From Octopus bimaculoides (lineage: Eukaryota), in the NCBI RefSeq assembly GCF_001194135.2, contig NC_069001.1, forward strand, positions 34,197,172 to 34,261,171: 64,000 nucleotides of DNA. The letters run 5' to 3'. The translations under genes and the position numbers were made by a program. Within the stretch, counting starts at the first letter, position 1. Each line of letters begins with the position of its first letter. Below, piece by piece: positions 12,875-26,014 of this stretch. The notes under the pieces were generated by a model. It was not told where the DNA came from. It ran no database searches and was given only the letters and a program-made list of their open reading frames with translations.

Positions 12875-13103
12875 TTAACCCTTTGGCATTTAATCCTGCT
12901 ACATCCAGCCAAAATATTCTGCCTGCTTTATGTTCAAAGTAGCCAGATCTGGCCATTCATACCAACCCTACAATGTCCTTCTAAACATAAACTTCCTCAT
13001 CATCGAAATCTTGAAGCTACAAGATAAATGCCTGATTAATTGAAAACAATATGAATAAATAAGTATTACATCTAACAGAATAATCTGAATGTTAAAGGGT
13101 TAA
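12875..13103. mobile_element. TTAA-flanked piggyBac-type MITE (family P1)
   Basis: TTAA|CCCTTT...AAAGGG|TTAA termini, about 220 bp, no ORF. Confidence 0.75.
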
Positions 13104-14657
13104 ACAACTTTGTGTGCATTATATATTATTTTGAGAAAGATAGAAACAGAAATAAACATGGAGGAGAAATAGATACGGTCATTTTATCAGCCATGCTGGG
13201 GCAGTATTTCAAATGTTTAGCCAAGCAAATCTATCCCAGTACATATCCCAGACTTGGTAGACGTAGATGGTTAAGAAGGGAAAGTATTGGCCTTCTTAAT
13301 CTAAGGTAAAACAAAATTGCAATAATTTTGCAATGTTTCTGGACCTAACACTTTATTCTTCATTGTCTCTGCAAAAATGTGGCAGATAGATTAAGAATTT
13401 CTCCTGAAATACACTGGTTGTTTTTGTCTCGTTTCAGGTCAGCTTGAGTCGAAGAGAACTATGATCAAAGGCAATCCAGTTGTGACCATCTCATCTGTTG
13501 TTTTTTGGCATAGTCCATCTATGACTACATTATCTGCTATGTCCTATGTTTTCTTTATGATGGTAAGGTGTGATAGGAAGAAGACTTGGCTGCTATTTCA
13601 AGCATTTCAAGTGACCATGAAGAGGCTTCCTCATTCACTCAACTTAATCTTTCATCTTAATATCCTGAAACTGGATCAAATCATTAGTCTTTTAAGGCTT
13701 AAAGAGGGATTACATTTAGGTTACACACCAGACTTTGGACATAAATGTCATAGGGGCTTATATATAACATCAGCCATATTTTTAACCAGGCATACAGCTA
13801 CCCCTGGTGGTGCTTTAATATAAATTAGATACCTGTCTAATTTGTTAATACAGTTCTTTATTGTTTGTTTGAGCCACGTGCTGTATTATTCATTAAAGGT
13901 CTTGTTTATTTTCATTTTTCTCTTCCAGTCTTCACTCGAAATAATGATATAATGATATCGGCATCATTCCATTAAGGGACTTTAATTGGGGTTTGATTGG
14001 TTTCCTATGCTTTGTGCAACTGGAACCATAAATAAAGGCTCCGCTCCCTCCCTACACTATCACCTATCTGCCATGAATTCCTGCAACTTTGCAACTTTGG
14101 GGAGGAAGCTTCTGAATTCATTAGGCTTGCAGATATCCATTTTAGTGAGGCATTGCTAGGCAATTACCTAATTACAACAAAACTTAATTGAGTGCAAATG
14201 CAAACACATAAACATGTACACAGACACATGTACCCCTCCTATAAATATGCATATCTGTGTGTGTGTGTATGTTTGTGTGTGTATGTCTCTGTGTGTTTAT
14301 ACATACCCTTGTATCCGTATGTGATAGAATGCTTCTGAATATTTTAGTATTTGCATATGAAGTGTTAGAACAAATGAAGGGATATTAACACCTATTTTCT
14401 TTCAGTTAGGGGATGAAGCCACCCTAATTGCACACCACGCTTTGAAAAATGTGTCTCAATGAAGCTTACATGTTTTTATTAGGAATATTGCATCAATATT
14501 TACATGCTATCACAAGTGATAAATTGGGTCTTCTAAATTTGATATTGGTTCTCTATTGTGGGAGCATAATTTGTTTATTTAAACAATTACAAACCTGGTA
14601 TTCACTTAAATTTTGAAGGTGGAACGGCATCTAGTTTAATCTCATGTTAAAAGGCTC

Positions 14658-15009
14658 AGGCATAGCTGTGTGGTTAAGAAGCTAACTTTGCAAGTATATG
14701 GCTTTGAGTTCAATCCCACTACACGGCACCTTGGGCAAGTGACTTTTACTATAACACCTGGGTCAAACAACATGAATGAATTTGATAGATTGAAATATTG
14801 TGGAATGTTGTGTGTGTGTATACACACACACACACATATATAAAGATGTATATATATATGTGTCTTTGTGTTTGTTCACCTATCTAATATCACACTGCTT
14901 GAGAACCAGTGTTGGTTTGTTTACATCACTGTAAATTAGCAGTTTGGCAAAAGAGACCAATTGCTTAAGTACTAAAAAGAATAAGTATAATGGTTGATTA
15001 GTTCAACTA
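14658..15009 (+). mobile_element. SINE family A, near full length (diverged)
   Basis: GGCATAGCTGTGTGGTTAAGAAG...CGGCACCTTGGGCAAGTG...CTGCTTGAGAACCAGTGTTGGTTTGTTTACATC...GGCAAAAGAGACC. Confidence 0.8.
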
Positions 15010-15036
15010 GACCAGTTGTTCTCAACCATTTTTGGT

Positions 15037-15103
15037 CCAGGAATCGAAACCTCAATCTTGTGATCATGAGTTCAACACCCTAACCACTAAGCCACATGCC
15101 TCC
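15037..15103 (-). mobile_element. SINE family C tRNA-like head only
   Basis: Reverse complement: GGAGGCATGTGGCTTAGTGGTTAGGGTGTTGAACTCATGATCACAAGATTGAGGTTTCGATTCCTGG. Confidence 0.75.
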
Positions 15104-15106
15104 ATT

Positions 15107-15322
15107 TTAACCCTTTTGAAACTGGCTCTGTAGTACAGATGTCTTGATTTCAAAAGTTCTCAATTAAAATCTTCCACCAAACCTAAGTCACAATTTATGT
15201 TCCTAACACTAATGATAGCTTAATGATAGCTAAGTTATTTTACTAAATTCTTTGTTATATTTAAAATTAATTGAAAGGAAACACAGAGCATCTCAACAGA
15301 AATATGGTAACAAAAGGGTTAA
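15107..15322 (+). mobile_element. TTAA-flanked piggyBac-type MITE (family P2)
   Basis: TTAA|CCCTTTTG...CAAAAGGG|TTAA; body homologous to 15346-15533 and 57657-57883 (CTGGCTCTGTAGTACA(A/G)ATGT...GAGCATCTCA...AAAT(A)TGGTAACAAAAGGG). Confidence 0.8.
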
Positions 15323-15345
15323 AATATATAATAGAGAAACAATTC

Positions 15346-15533
15346 TTAATGCTTTTGATACCAACCTGCCTGAAACCGCATATGGCTCTGTAGTACAAAT
15401 GTCTTGCTTTCGAAAGTTTTGAATTAAAGTATTCCAACAAACCTTAGTCACAATTTATGTTCCTGTTATATTTGATATTGATTGAAAGAAAATGCAGAGC
15501 ATCTCAGTACAAATATGGTAACAAAAGGGTTAA
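15346..15533 (+). mobile_element. TTAA-flanked piggyBac-type MITE (family P2), second tandem copy
   Basis: TTAA|TGCTTTTGATACCAACC...CAAAAGGG|TTAA; same body as the neighbour but lacking about 45 nt of the middle. Confidence 0.78.
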
Positions 15534-15608
15534 GCTTCATAGCTCCCTTTTAATTGCAGTTGAGTGAATGAAATGTGTCTTTTAAAGTGCAGTGCTATTT
15601 TAAAGAGT

Positions 15609-15924
15609 GGAGGTGCAATGGCCCAGTGGTTAGGGCAGCGGACTCGCGGTCATAGGATCACGGTTTTGATTCCTAGACCGGGCGCTGTGAGTGTTTATTG
15701 AGCGAAAACACGAGGCTCCGGCAGGGGATGGTGGCGAACCCTGCTGTACTCTTTCACCACAACTTTCTCTCACTCTTACTTCCTGTTTCTGTTGTACCTG
15801 TATTTCAAAGGGCCAGCCTTGTCACTCTGTGTCACGCTGAATATCCCCGAGAACTACATTAATGGTACACGTGTCTGTGGAGTGCTCAGCCACTTGCATG
15901 TTAATTTCACGAGCAGGCTGTTCC
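15609..15924 (+). mobile_element. CpG-rich tRNA-derived SINE family E, truncated by an assembly gap
   Basis: GGAGGTGCAATGGCCCAGTGGTTAGGGCAGCGGACTCGCGGTCATAGGATCACGGTTTTGATTCCTAGACCGGGCG: tRNA-like head with A/B-box-like segments, followed by a unique GC-rich body. Confidence 0.85.
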
Positions 15925-16703
15925 NNNNNNNNNNNNNNNNNNNNNNNNNNNNNNNNNNNNNNNNNNNNNNNNNNNNNNNNNNNNNNNNNNNNNNNNNNNN
16001 NNNNNNNNNNNNNNNNNNNNNNNNNNNNNNNNNNNNNNNNNNNNNNNNNNNNNNNNNNNNNNNNNNNNNNNNNNNNNNNNNNNNNNNNNNNNNNNNNNNN
16101 NNNNNNNNNNNNNNNNNNNNNNNNNNNNNNNNNNNNNNNNNNNNNNNNNNNNNNNNNNNNNNNNNNNNNNNNNNNNNNNNNNNNNNNNNNNNNNNNNNNN
16201 NNNNNNNNNNNNNNNNNNNNNNNNNNNNNNNNNNNNNNNNNNNNNNNNNNNNNNNNNNNNNNNNNNNNNNNNNNNNNNNNNNNNNNNNNNNNNNNNNNNN
16301 NNNNNNNNNNNNNNNNNNNNNNNNNNNNNNNNNNNNNNNNNNNNNNNNNNNNNNNNNNNNNNNNNNNNNNNNNNNNNNNNNNNNNNNNNNNNNNNNNNNN
16401 NNNNNNNNNNNNNNNNNNNNNNNNNNNNNNNNNNNNNNNNNNNNNNNNNNNNNNNNNNNNNNNNNNNNNNNNNNNNNNNNNNNNNNNNNNNNNNNNNNNN
16501 NNNNNNNNNNNNNNNNNNNNNNNNNNNNNNNNNNNNNNNNNNNNNNNNNNNNNNNNNNNNNNNNNNNNNNNNNNNNNNNNNNNNNNNNNNNNNNNNNNNN
16601 NNNNNNNNNNNNNNNNNNNNNNNNNNNNNNNNNNNNNNNNNNNNNNNNNNNNNNNNNNNNNNNNNNNNNNNNNNNNNNNNNNNNNNNNNNNNNNNNNNNN
16701 NNN
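15925..16703. other. Assembly gap. Other large gaps: 17444-18007, 21957-22470, 38123-39006, 58092-58732, 59547-60124
   Basis: N-runs, most bordered by (TA)n or by young repeats. Confidence 1.
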
Positions 16704-17119
16704 AAACCAAGAACACACAATCCATTTCCGTTTGATGTTCTTCAGCTCCTCTCCACACCCTCTCCCTTCCTCACCCTCTATCCTCCAACCTCCCCTCCCT
16801 CCCATATACCCCCTCCCCCCGCTTCCTCGTAAGTGGAAACCAAACAAATACATAAACACCTGAAAGGTGTTCAGAGTATTTAACGATTTTCTTCTGTTCC
16901 TTAGTTTTCTTCGTTATTGCAGACGTTAATGATGATTGCTTATTATTGCTGTGGTTGTTGTTGTTGTTGTCGTTGTTGTTGTCGTTGTAGCCGTTGTTGT
17001 TTTTATTTCTGCTCATGTGATACGTTCAACCTTTTTGTGACTGTCCCTAATTATTTCATGATAGTTTCTTGCATGCTAACTGCACCATAGTCTTTTCATT
17101 CTTCTCCCTCCTCTCTATC

Positions 17120-17181
<62 letters not shown>

Positions 17182-17401
17182 CATTTATCTCTCTATCTGT
17201 CTGTCTCTGTTTCCCTCTTGCCTTTGTACCAACACCATCATTTAGTAATTTCTATCTACCTTGTCACCCCTGTATCCTATAACCATCCCCTTCAATCTAC
17301 TTCAACCATTCTGTTGTACTATCTTTACTTTCTCTTTGTCTTCTCCCTCCCATCGTCGTCGTCGTCCTCCTCCTCCTCTCTCTCAATATATATATACATA
17401 C

Positions 17402-17443
<42 letters not shown>

Positions 17444-18007
17444 NNNNNNNNNNNNNNNNNNNNNNNNNNNNNNNNNNNNNNNNNNNNNNNNNNNNNNNNN
17501 NNNNNNNNNNNNNNNNNNNNNNNNNNNNNNNNNNNNNNNNNNNNNNNNNNNNNNNNNNNNNNNNNNNNNNNNNNNNNNNNNNNNNNNNNNNNNNNNNNNN
17601 NNNNNNNNNNNNNNNNNNNNNNNNNNNNNNNNNNNNNNNNNNNNNNNNNNNNNNNNNNNNNNNNNNNNNNNNNNNNNNNNNNNNNNNNNNNNNNNNNNNN
17701 NNNNNNNNNNNNNNNNNNNNNNNNNNNNNNNNNNNNNNNNNNNNNNNNNNNNNNNNNNNNNNNNNNNNNNNNNNNNNNNNNNNNNNNNNNNNNNNNNNNN
17801 NNNNNNNNNNNNNNNNNNNNNNNNNNNNNNNNNNNNNNNNNNNNNNNNNNNNNNNNNNNNNNNNNNNNNNNNNNNNNNNNNNNNNNNNNNNNNNNNNNNN
17901 NNNNNNNNNNNNNNNNNNNNNNNNNNNNNNNNNNNNNNNNNNNNNNNNNNNNNNNNNNNNNNNNNNNNNNNNNNNNNNNNNNNNNNNNNNNNNNNNNNNN
18001 NNNNNNN

Positions 18008-18075
<68 letters not shown>

Positions 18076-18580
18076 GTATATATGATAATATAATTATGTC
18101 ACTTGCGCATTTTCTCTTCATCTTTCTCTTTAATCACTTTCTCTCCCCGTATATATATGAAAAGAGAGAGAGTGAGAGTGAGAGAGAGAGAAAGAGAGAG
18201 AGACTCATTGAACAAAGAAACAGATTAGGCAAGGTGCTTGCCTTTGATCTCTTGCGCTTGTGAAACACATCATCTGGTGTGGCTTTAGGTGACAATGGTT
18301 GAGTGATCTAGGTGTGTTGGTATGTTTGCCTTCCTCCTCTCTCTCTCTCTCTCTCTGTGCGCACAACGGGAACTAAGCAACAGCCAGAGGTATCAAAACT
18401 GTTAACAGCAAGCAACAACATCAGCAGTGACATCAAAGTCAACAACAACAACAATTAAAACACGAGGCTATATAAAATAAATAAATAACTGAATCTGATT
18501 AAATTAAATATTTCAACATGCCAAACAAACAAAACAAAAAAAAAAACAATGATTAGCATACTTAGACACAAGTATATGTG

Positions 18581-18612
<32 letters not shown>

Positions 18613-18661
18613 GTGTATATATTTTCATGAATTTGTAGATATATATGCATACATACACACA

Positions 18662-18693
<32 letters not shown>

Positions 18694-19034
18694 CATGCTT
18701 ACATACATACATACATGCATATATACATACATATATGCATGCATACATACATACATCTATACATACATATGTACAGTGTATATATTTTCATGAATTTGTA
18801 AATATATATATATACACAATATTATATATGCACATGAATTTATGTATGCATATTCTATGAACTTCAAATGCATCTGTATCATGGCAGAGGAGAGACTGCA
18901 AGAATGGTAGTGTAGTGCAGAATTTTTGCTGTGCAAACTCTTGGTCCTGGGTTCAGTCCTGTTGCAAGGCTGCTCGAGTGTTTTCTACAAAAATCATCAA
19001 GTTGGCAAATGGTTCATCTTTTATCTTTAATCTT

Positions 19035-19434
19035 TAATCTTTTGCCTGTTTCAGTCATTAGATTGTGGCCATGCTGGGGAACCACCTTGAAGAATTCTAG
19101 TCAGACAAATTGACCCCAATATTCATTTTTTTCTAAGCTTGGTATTTATTCTATCGTTTTCTTTTGCTGAACTGCTAAGTTACAGGAATGTAGATACAGC
19201 AACACTGATTGTTGAGCGATGGTGTAGGATAAACCTGGACACAAAGACCCACACCCACACACATGTATGCACATATGTGATGGGCTTTTTCTCGTTTCTG
19301 TTTCTAAAATCCACTCACTAGGCTTTGGTCCTCCCAAGGCTATTGCAAAAGACATTTGCTCAAAGTGCTGTGCAGTGGAACTGAACCTGGAACCATGTCC
19401 TTGGGAAGCAAACTTCTAATTACAGAGCCATGCC
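19035..19434 (-). mobile_element. SINE family A, full length
   Basis: 3' tail TCTTTTGCCTGTTTCAGTCATT... at left and head ...TTGGGAAGCAAACTTCT...GCCATGCC at right, with an internal CA tract. Confidence 0.85.
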
Positions 19435-20162
19435 AGCAAATAAATTTTGATTGTTGGAAAATTGGTGTCAGACAAAAGTATCTGTCATCTTCTGCATGGA
19501 TAACATCACCCATTTATCAACAGAATAAATAGGGTTATGCATCCTTTATAAATTTCAAAAGCATACATACTGAATGTGTGTGTGTGAATAAGAATGGCAG
19601 TGTGGTTAAGAACTGTGCTTTGCAACCACTTGGTCCAATGTTCAATCCCATCGACTGACTGCTTGATTGTTTTCTTCCATATAATCAGAACAGTGACTGG
19701 TTTATGAATAAACCATTGACAGAAAATTGTGTGTTGAACAAAAGTACATTGTATGCCCTTAATAACAGGTAGCTTTTACCTTTCATTGTTACCTGAGATC
19801 AATGGAATAAGTACTGGAATCGATACAGCCAGATTAAATGCCTTCAAGACAGGTGCCCCAGCATATTTGCAACCTAAGGTACTGGTTTTACATAAATCAT
19901 CGTGTAGTGGATATTTCTGCTATAAGAACTTCCAGTACGAGTGTGCCCCTTCTCCGAATCCCCTTTAGAAATTTTCAAAGCCTATGGAGTAACCTTGGGC
20001 TATTTTTGAGTTACCTTTGTAAGATCTCTTTAATTGGTTCTGAAGCTGAATTGAGGAACCATACAAAGATATTGTTGTAAAGAAATAAGATTTGTTGGCT
20101 CATACAGTTGAAGTATAGTGAAATAAAAGGAAAAAAAATTACAGACATGAAAGAAACCCATC

Positions 20163-20204
<42 letters not shown>

Positions 20205-20356
20205 TTCGATTAGAGGTTGTGTTAACCTCATGAAAGGATGATTTCATCCAAAGAAATACTGGTTCAATACCAAGTGCTTTGGGGGTATGAATTTCCTTAA
20301 AATAATAGGTGTATATATATAAGCATAGTTTATTTTCATATAAAAGAAAAAAAAAA

Positions 20357-20669
20357 GAAAATGGAGATTGGGAAGTTAATAATTGTTTATTATTAACAGC
20401 AAATTAATCATCATCCCTTACAACTGTTTCATTTCATACTCAGTAAATAGTAAATAAATATGACCTAAACATAATATCTTCAGAGGGTAAAAAATCCATA
20501 AACACATAAAACATCCAAGGGTATATTTTCTCCCTCAGAAGATATTATGCTCAGGTCATATCTATTCAATATGTACTTAATATTTACTGAGATTAATTGA
20601 AACAGCTGTAAGGGATGATTAATTTGCTGTTAATAATGAACAGATATTAACTTCTCAATCTCCATTTTC
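20357..20669. mobile_element. AT-rich fold-back MITE-like element (about 140-bp arms)
   Basis: GAAAATGGAGATTGGGAAGTTAATA...AATATCTTCAGAGGG / CCCTCAGAAGATATT...TATTAACTTCTCAATCTCCATTTTC; arms align with several small indels; spacer about 20498-20520. Confidence 0.85.
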
Positions 20670-20694
20670 ATTGTCTTCTTTTATGTTTGTGAGT

Positions 20695-20895
20695 GTGTAC
20701 GTCTTTGTTCCCCACCACTGCTTGACAACCAGTGTTGGTGTGTTTACATTCTTGTAACTTAGTGACCAATAGAATATGTACCAGGCTTTAAAAAACAGAA
20801 TAAGTACTGGAGTTGCTCTACTCAACTTCAAAATTCTTTAAGGTGGTGCCCCAGCCTGGCCACACATTTTAATGACTGAAGCAAGTAAAAGATAG
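20695..20895 (+). mobile_element. SINE family A, 3' half
   Basis: CTGCTTGACAACCAGTGTTGGTGTGTTTACAT...AAGTACTGG...GGTGGTGCCCCAGCCTGGCCAC...ATGACTGAAGCAAGTAAAAG. Confidence 0.85.
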
Positions 20896-20910
20896 AAGTT
20901 AAAACAATTA

Positions 20911-21022
20911 AGGGGCTGGCATGGCAGGAAGAGCACCTAACCATCAAATAGCACCTCGTCAAATCTTGTCCAACCCATGCCAGCATGAAATCAGCAAGCA
21001 TAAAAGCAATGATGATGATGGA
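20911..21022 (+). mobile_element. Family D 3' tail
   Basis: GTCCAACCCATGCCAGCATGAAATCAG...AATGATGATGATG. Confidence 0.7.
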
Positions 21023-21489
21023 TAGCATGTACTATCCTTTATAGAACCTGTTTTATGTAAACAAAGTCATTTTTTTTTCACCTGTGAACTAAAACTGTTT
21101 CAACACAGTCCCTTTCTTTCAACTGTTTTTTTTTCAAATCACTTTCAAACAGCTTGTGTATGAAACAAACATTATACATCTAACTAGTCAGGCTGTCTCT
21201 CTTCAGTTGCTATGAAATCTAAGCTAGATTTAGCAACATGATGTGAGCTGAGATAATCCTAAACTAAAATAAATGTTTAGATAATCTTCATAGCTGTGCT
21301 GAAGCCCTGCTCTGGTGAATAAATAATAAAAATTGATCCTTTTCGAACCTCTAAGTCTTAGCAGAAGGATTTTCAATTTTCCTTATATGTCACATCACTT
21401 CACTTTCTCTGTCTTTCTCTCTCTCTCCCTCCCTTCCTCCCCTCTCTTGCTTGTGATATATCTATGACTATATATCCTTGCATAAGTTA

Positions 21490-21520
<31 letters not shown>

Positions 21521-22627
21521 CTTCACTTGCTTCTTTCATCCAACCAACCAACCAGCTAGCCAGCCTGCCAGCCAACCTGTTTGTTTTGTTGTCACACTGG
21601 TCTTATTCTTTGTGTATCTGTATATCTCTATGTTTTGTTATCATTCAACTATCTTTGTAGATATATATATTTTTGTGTGCTTATCTCTTCCTCTTTGTAT
21701 CTATCTTGCCGTATATAAAATAGCTTTCTCATCTTTGAATATGTATATGTGTGTATGTACACACACACACACATACATATGTATATGCTTATATATATAT
21801 ATGTGTGTGTGTGTATGTGTATACATACTTACAAACATACATAGTCTCTCTCTCTCTCTCTCTCTCTCTCATACACAAACACATGTATATGCTTTTATAT
21901 ATACACACATATGCAAATATACATACGTATATATATATATATATATATATATATATNNNNNNNNNNNNNNNNNNNNNNNNNNNNNNNNNNNNNNNNNNNN
22001 NNNNNNNNNNNNNNNNNNNNNNNNNNNNNNNNNNNNNNNNNNNNNNNNNNNNNNNNNNNNNNNNNNNNNNNNNNNNNNNNNNNNNNNNNNNNNNNNNNNN
22101 NNNNNNNNNNNNNNNNNNNNNNNNNNNNNNNNNNNNNNNNNNNNNNNNNNNNNNNNNNNNNNNNNNNNNNNNNNNNNNNNNNNNNNNNNNNNNNNNNNNN
22201 NNNNNNNNNNNNNNNNNNNNNNNNNNNNNNNNNNNNNNNNNNNNNNNNNNNNNNNNNNNNNNNNNNNNNNNNNNNNNNNNNNNNNNNNNNNNNNNNNNNN
22301 NNNNNNNNNNNNNNNNNNNNNNNNNNNNNNNNNNNNNNNNNNNNNNNNNNNNNNNNNNNNNNNNNNNNNNNNNNNNNNNNNNNNNNNNNNNNNNNNNNNN
22401 NNNNNNNNNNNNNNNNNNNNNNNNNNNNNNNNNNNNNNNNNNNNNNNNNNNNNNNNNNNNNNNNNNNNNNNATACATATGTATATACATACATACACACA
22501 TACATAGGGTGTGTATATAGTCACATACACACACACATAGAGATATATTTATAAACATACAGATATATATATACACACACATAACATTATATATATACAT
22601 ATATATTAAACACACAACATGCACCCT

Positions 22628-22696
<69 letters not shown>

Positions 22697-23212
22697 AAAT
22701 ATTTTTTGATATTTTAAAATTTATTATTTCAGATTTTGTTCTTTCCATTTTCAATTTTTCTTCTCTTCCTTCCTACTTAGGTTCATTCTTGTTGTTTCGT
22801 CTCTTTTGTCAATAACTTGAAATGAATGTAATAAGAGTCTTTCTTCTGAGTCCACTATGGTTTATTTGCTTCTGATGACTTCCTACCAAATGAAGAAACC
22901 TAAATACAACACAACAACAAGAACATCTCTCAAAGACTTTCATTGCTTCTAATCCTTAAATCTGATGACATTTTGAAAACAGTCACATGATACAAAAAAC
23001 ATTTCCCATTATGTTATTCGTATCATTACCATTATTATGTATTATGCATTATTATTACTATTATTATTGTTGTTGTTGTTGTTTGGGTGATTTGTATGTT
23101 GGCAGTTAAAATGTCTTGTGGTATTTGGTTGCATTTCTCTACATTCAAAGTTCAAATTTCTCCTAGGCTGTCTTTGTCTTCTGTCTTTCTGAGGTCAACT
23201 ATATAAGTAGCA

Positions 23213-23465
23213 TCCATCATCATCATCATTATCACAGTCATCATTTAACGTCCATTTTCCATGCTGTCATGGGTTGAACTGCTTGACAGCAGCTGACAAG
23301 CTAGAGAGCGGCACCAGCCTTCAGTCCTCTGTTTTGGCAAGGTTTCTATAGGCTGGATGCTCTTCCTAATGCTAACCACTTCACAGAGTGCACTTGGTGC
23401 ATTTTACATGGCACCAGCACAGGTGCTTTTTAACGTGGCACATGCACAAGTGGTTTTCATGTAGT
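23213..23465 (-). mobile_element. Family D copy
   Basis: (CAT)n...TTTAACGTCCATTTTCCATGCTG...GGCTGGATGCTCTTCCTAATGC...CATGGCACCAGCAC. Confidence 0.85.
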
Positions 23466-24369
23466 AGTTAAGCATTCAAATAGCTCTCAAGCACTACACT
23501 GGTCTGAAAAATTTGAGGCCTTGTGAACATGTTCCTTCTTCAATTCTAAGATGGCTACAGATATTATACATCTATCTATTTCTCAGCATATCATCTGACA
23601 TACATAGACCCAGGCCTCTTAAGAAAAGGGTTAACAAGATGCAACTTTGTAGAAAAATTAAAAAAGAAAGAAACACGGTTGTTGTTTTAGTTTGCAAGAG
23701 TGAGAGAATTTCACACAAGATTGTTTCAAAACGGGTAAAAATAGAAAAAAAATGTAAAAATTCCCAGTAAATGTAACATATCCCAGAATATATAATTTTC
23801 AATACAGCACGCAATAAAACCATAGATAGTATTTCATTTTATTGCATTGTCTACAAGAACAAATACAAATGTGTATCAATTAGAATAATGGTAATTGAAT
23901 GATGCAAATCACATGCACACATACATGGACATGTGTTATTTTTATCCATGCACACTCACTGGTTACCACCAACTTACAGCCAAGTCCAAAAACAGTCTCG
24001 TTTTGTTTTACTGTGTTAATATAAAGGAACCAGAGAAAAATCCTCTTGATTTGATGCTATTAGCATCTGACATATAACTTTGCAACAAAAGGTATCTACT
24101 AATTTATAGTCATAGAATGTGCTTTGGAATGTTGTTTCGGTACTTGGATGATATTTGTGTTCAACAACAATTAGTGGCCAGAGAGATCAGACAAAATAAG
24201 TGGAACGCATGACTAAAATAGACTTTTTGTCTCCGGAATGAGATCGACAGACTATGAAGAAAAATTGGGTGTTTGGATACTATGATTAAGTTAAAGTGAA
24301 TAATAAATTCATGCAAAAGCAAATATGAATTACTGTTAGATAGCGAAATGTACAGAGAAACTGCTGATT

Positions 24370-24393
24370 TAGGATATATATATAATATCTATC

Positions 24394-24462
<69 letters not shown>

Positions 24463-24743
24463 GTATGTGTGTATATTTATGCATATATATATATGTGTAT
24501 ATATATGTATATGTATATATACTTATGTATGTATATGTATGTATATATTAATATATATCATCATCGTCATTGTTTAACGTCCGCTTAAATGATGATGATG
24601 ATTATGATATATATATTAATATATACATACATATACATGTGTGTATGTATGTATATGTATCTATATATATATATGTATATGTATGTATGTGTATATATAT
24701 GTACATATATATATGTATATATATATATGTATATATAGATATA

Positions 24744-24776
<33 letters not shown>

Positions 24777-24822
24777 ATGTATATATATACATGTATACAT
24801 ATATACATGTATTAATATATAT
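24370..24822. repeat. Compound TA/TG/TATG microsatellite block
   Basis: Read directly. Similar blocks at about 126-730, 1100-1350, 25860-26470, 43860-44250, 44650-44985 and 59280-59546 explain the HT/YI/CV-repeat ORFs. Confidence 0.95.
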
Positions 24823-24965
24823 GTCAAGGGAACCCCGTACGACATCAAGTGGAAGGTCTTAGAACATCAATGGGAATAGACGCTGCAAACCCTGTATAGC
24901 TGAGCAAACTAGGATATTTAAAGACTCCCTAAGACCTGAGTGTGAAGAAATCTTCACACCATGCA
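24823..24965 (+). pseudogene. Penelope-like element, C-terminal GIY-YIG-region fragment
   Basis: [16 protein letters not shown], then frameshifted GNRRCKPCIAEQTRIFKDSLRPECEEIFTPC; resembles the Penelope C-terminal pattern I.W.IL...RC.LC..EK..I...SE...C (from recall, not a search). Confidence 0.5.
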
Positions 24966-25964
24966 TCTGTTTCAAGTGCTACCTACTGCAAGCATGGGAT
25001 TCTCTATTCACTGGCTAAAATCAGAAGAGTCCCTACAATCCATTAAAAAGGGTAGATTCTTTATTCATCTCTCCAAATAACTGGTCTAGGAGAGATAACC
25101 CATCTCTGATGTTTTTTTGACCACTGACTGTAGCATCTTTCCACTTCTGATAGGTGAAAAGTTAATTTTGAGTAGAGTCTGATGAGTTGTCTACAAAGCT
25201 ACAGTTTTTGTGGATGTGAAACTATTGGTTGCTTTATGATCAGACATTTTAACTTTTTTTTACTTATATACATGTTTCTATACATGCACACATGTATATC
25301 TTTTACATTTTTGCTTGCTCTTTCTTGTATCTATTTATTTACCTGTATACATTCAAGCACAAACATGGGTATTTCTATACACACAAATACGTGCTGGAAA
25401 CACTTGTTGAATACGATCTTTAAAGACACACACGCACACATACACACTCACACACACATACACACACACACACACACACATACACACATACACACATTGA
25501 CAAATGTAAGCGACTCCAACATACATTAATACTATCAGATAGATATCCACACTTAAATACATATTTTTCACTGTTCATATTTTAACATAGTCTCACACAC
25601 ACACAGTAATATACATGCTTACACAGCCATCAAGCGATCATAATTTAATTTACAACTCTATAAATCAAATAATGATACATATTTCCATAATTTTCTGATG
25701 AAATCAAAGTCGCTATTTTAATCATATCTCTTGGATAGAGTTGAATGCTGAAGTCTCATATCAGATCTACACCAGTTTCTTGATAATTTCATCAATTTAG
25801 TTTATTTACAAATATTTACTTCCTGTGTTTTTGTTTTTGTTTTATGTGGGTAAGTGTGATTGTGCTGTGAGTGTATGTATGAATGAATGAATGTGTATGT
25901 GTGTATATATATATACACATAGATACAAACATACATACATACATATATATATGTACACAAATAG

Positions 25965-26014
<50 letters not shown>

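Noticed and set aside
14405-14461. Plus-strand acceptor followed by LGDEATLIAHHALKNVSQ*
   Set aside because: No donor or polyA context and no homology; insufficient evidence.
15609-15685. tRNA-like sequence
   Set aside because: It continues directly into a SINE body, with no clean acceptor stem or terminator; a SINE head, not a tRNA gene.
16746-16828. Plus-strand Pro-rich segment between TTCAG and GTAAGT
   Set aside because: Low-complexity C/T tract beside a gap, and 83 nt is frame-shifting.
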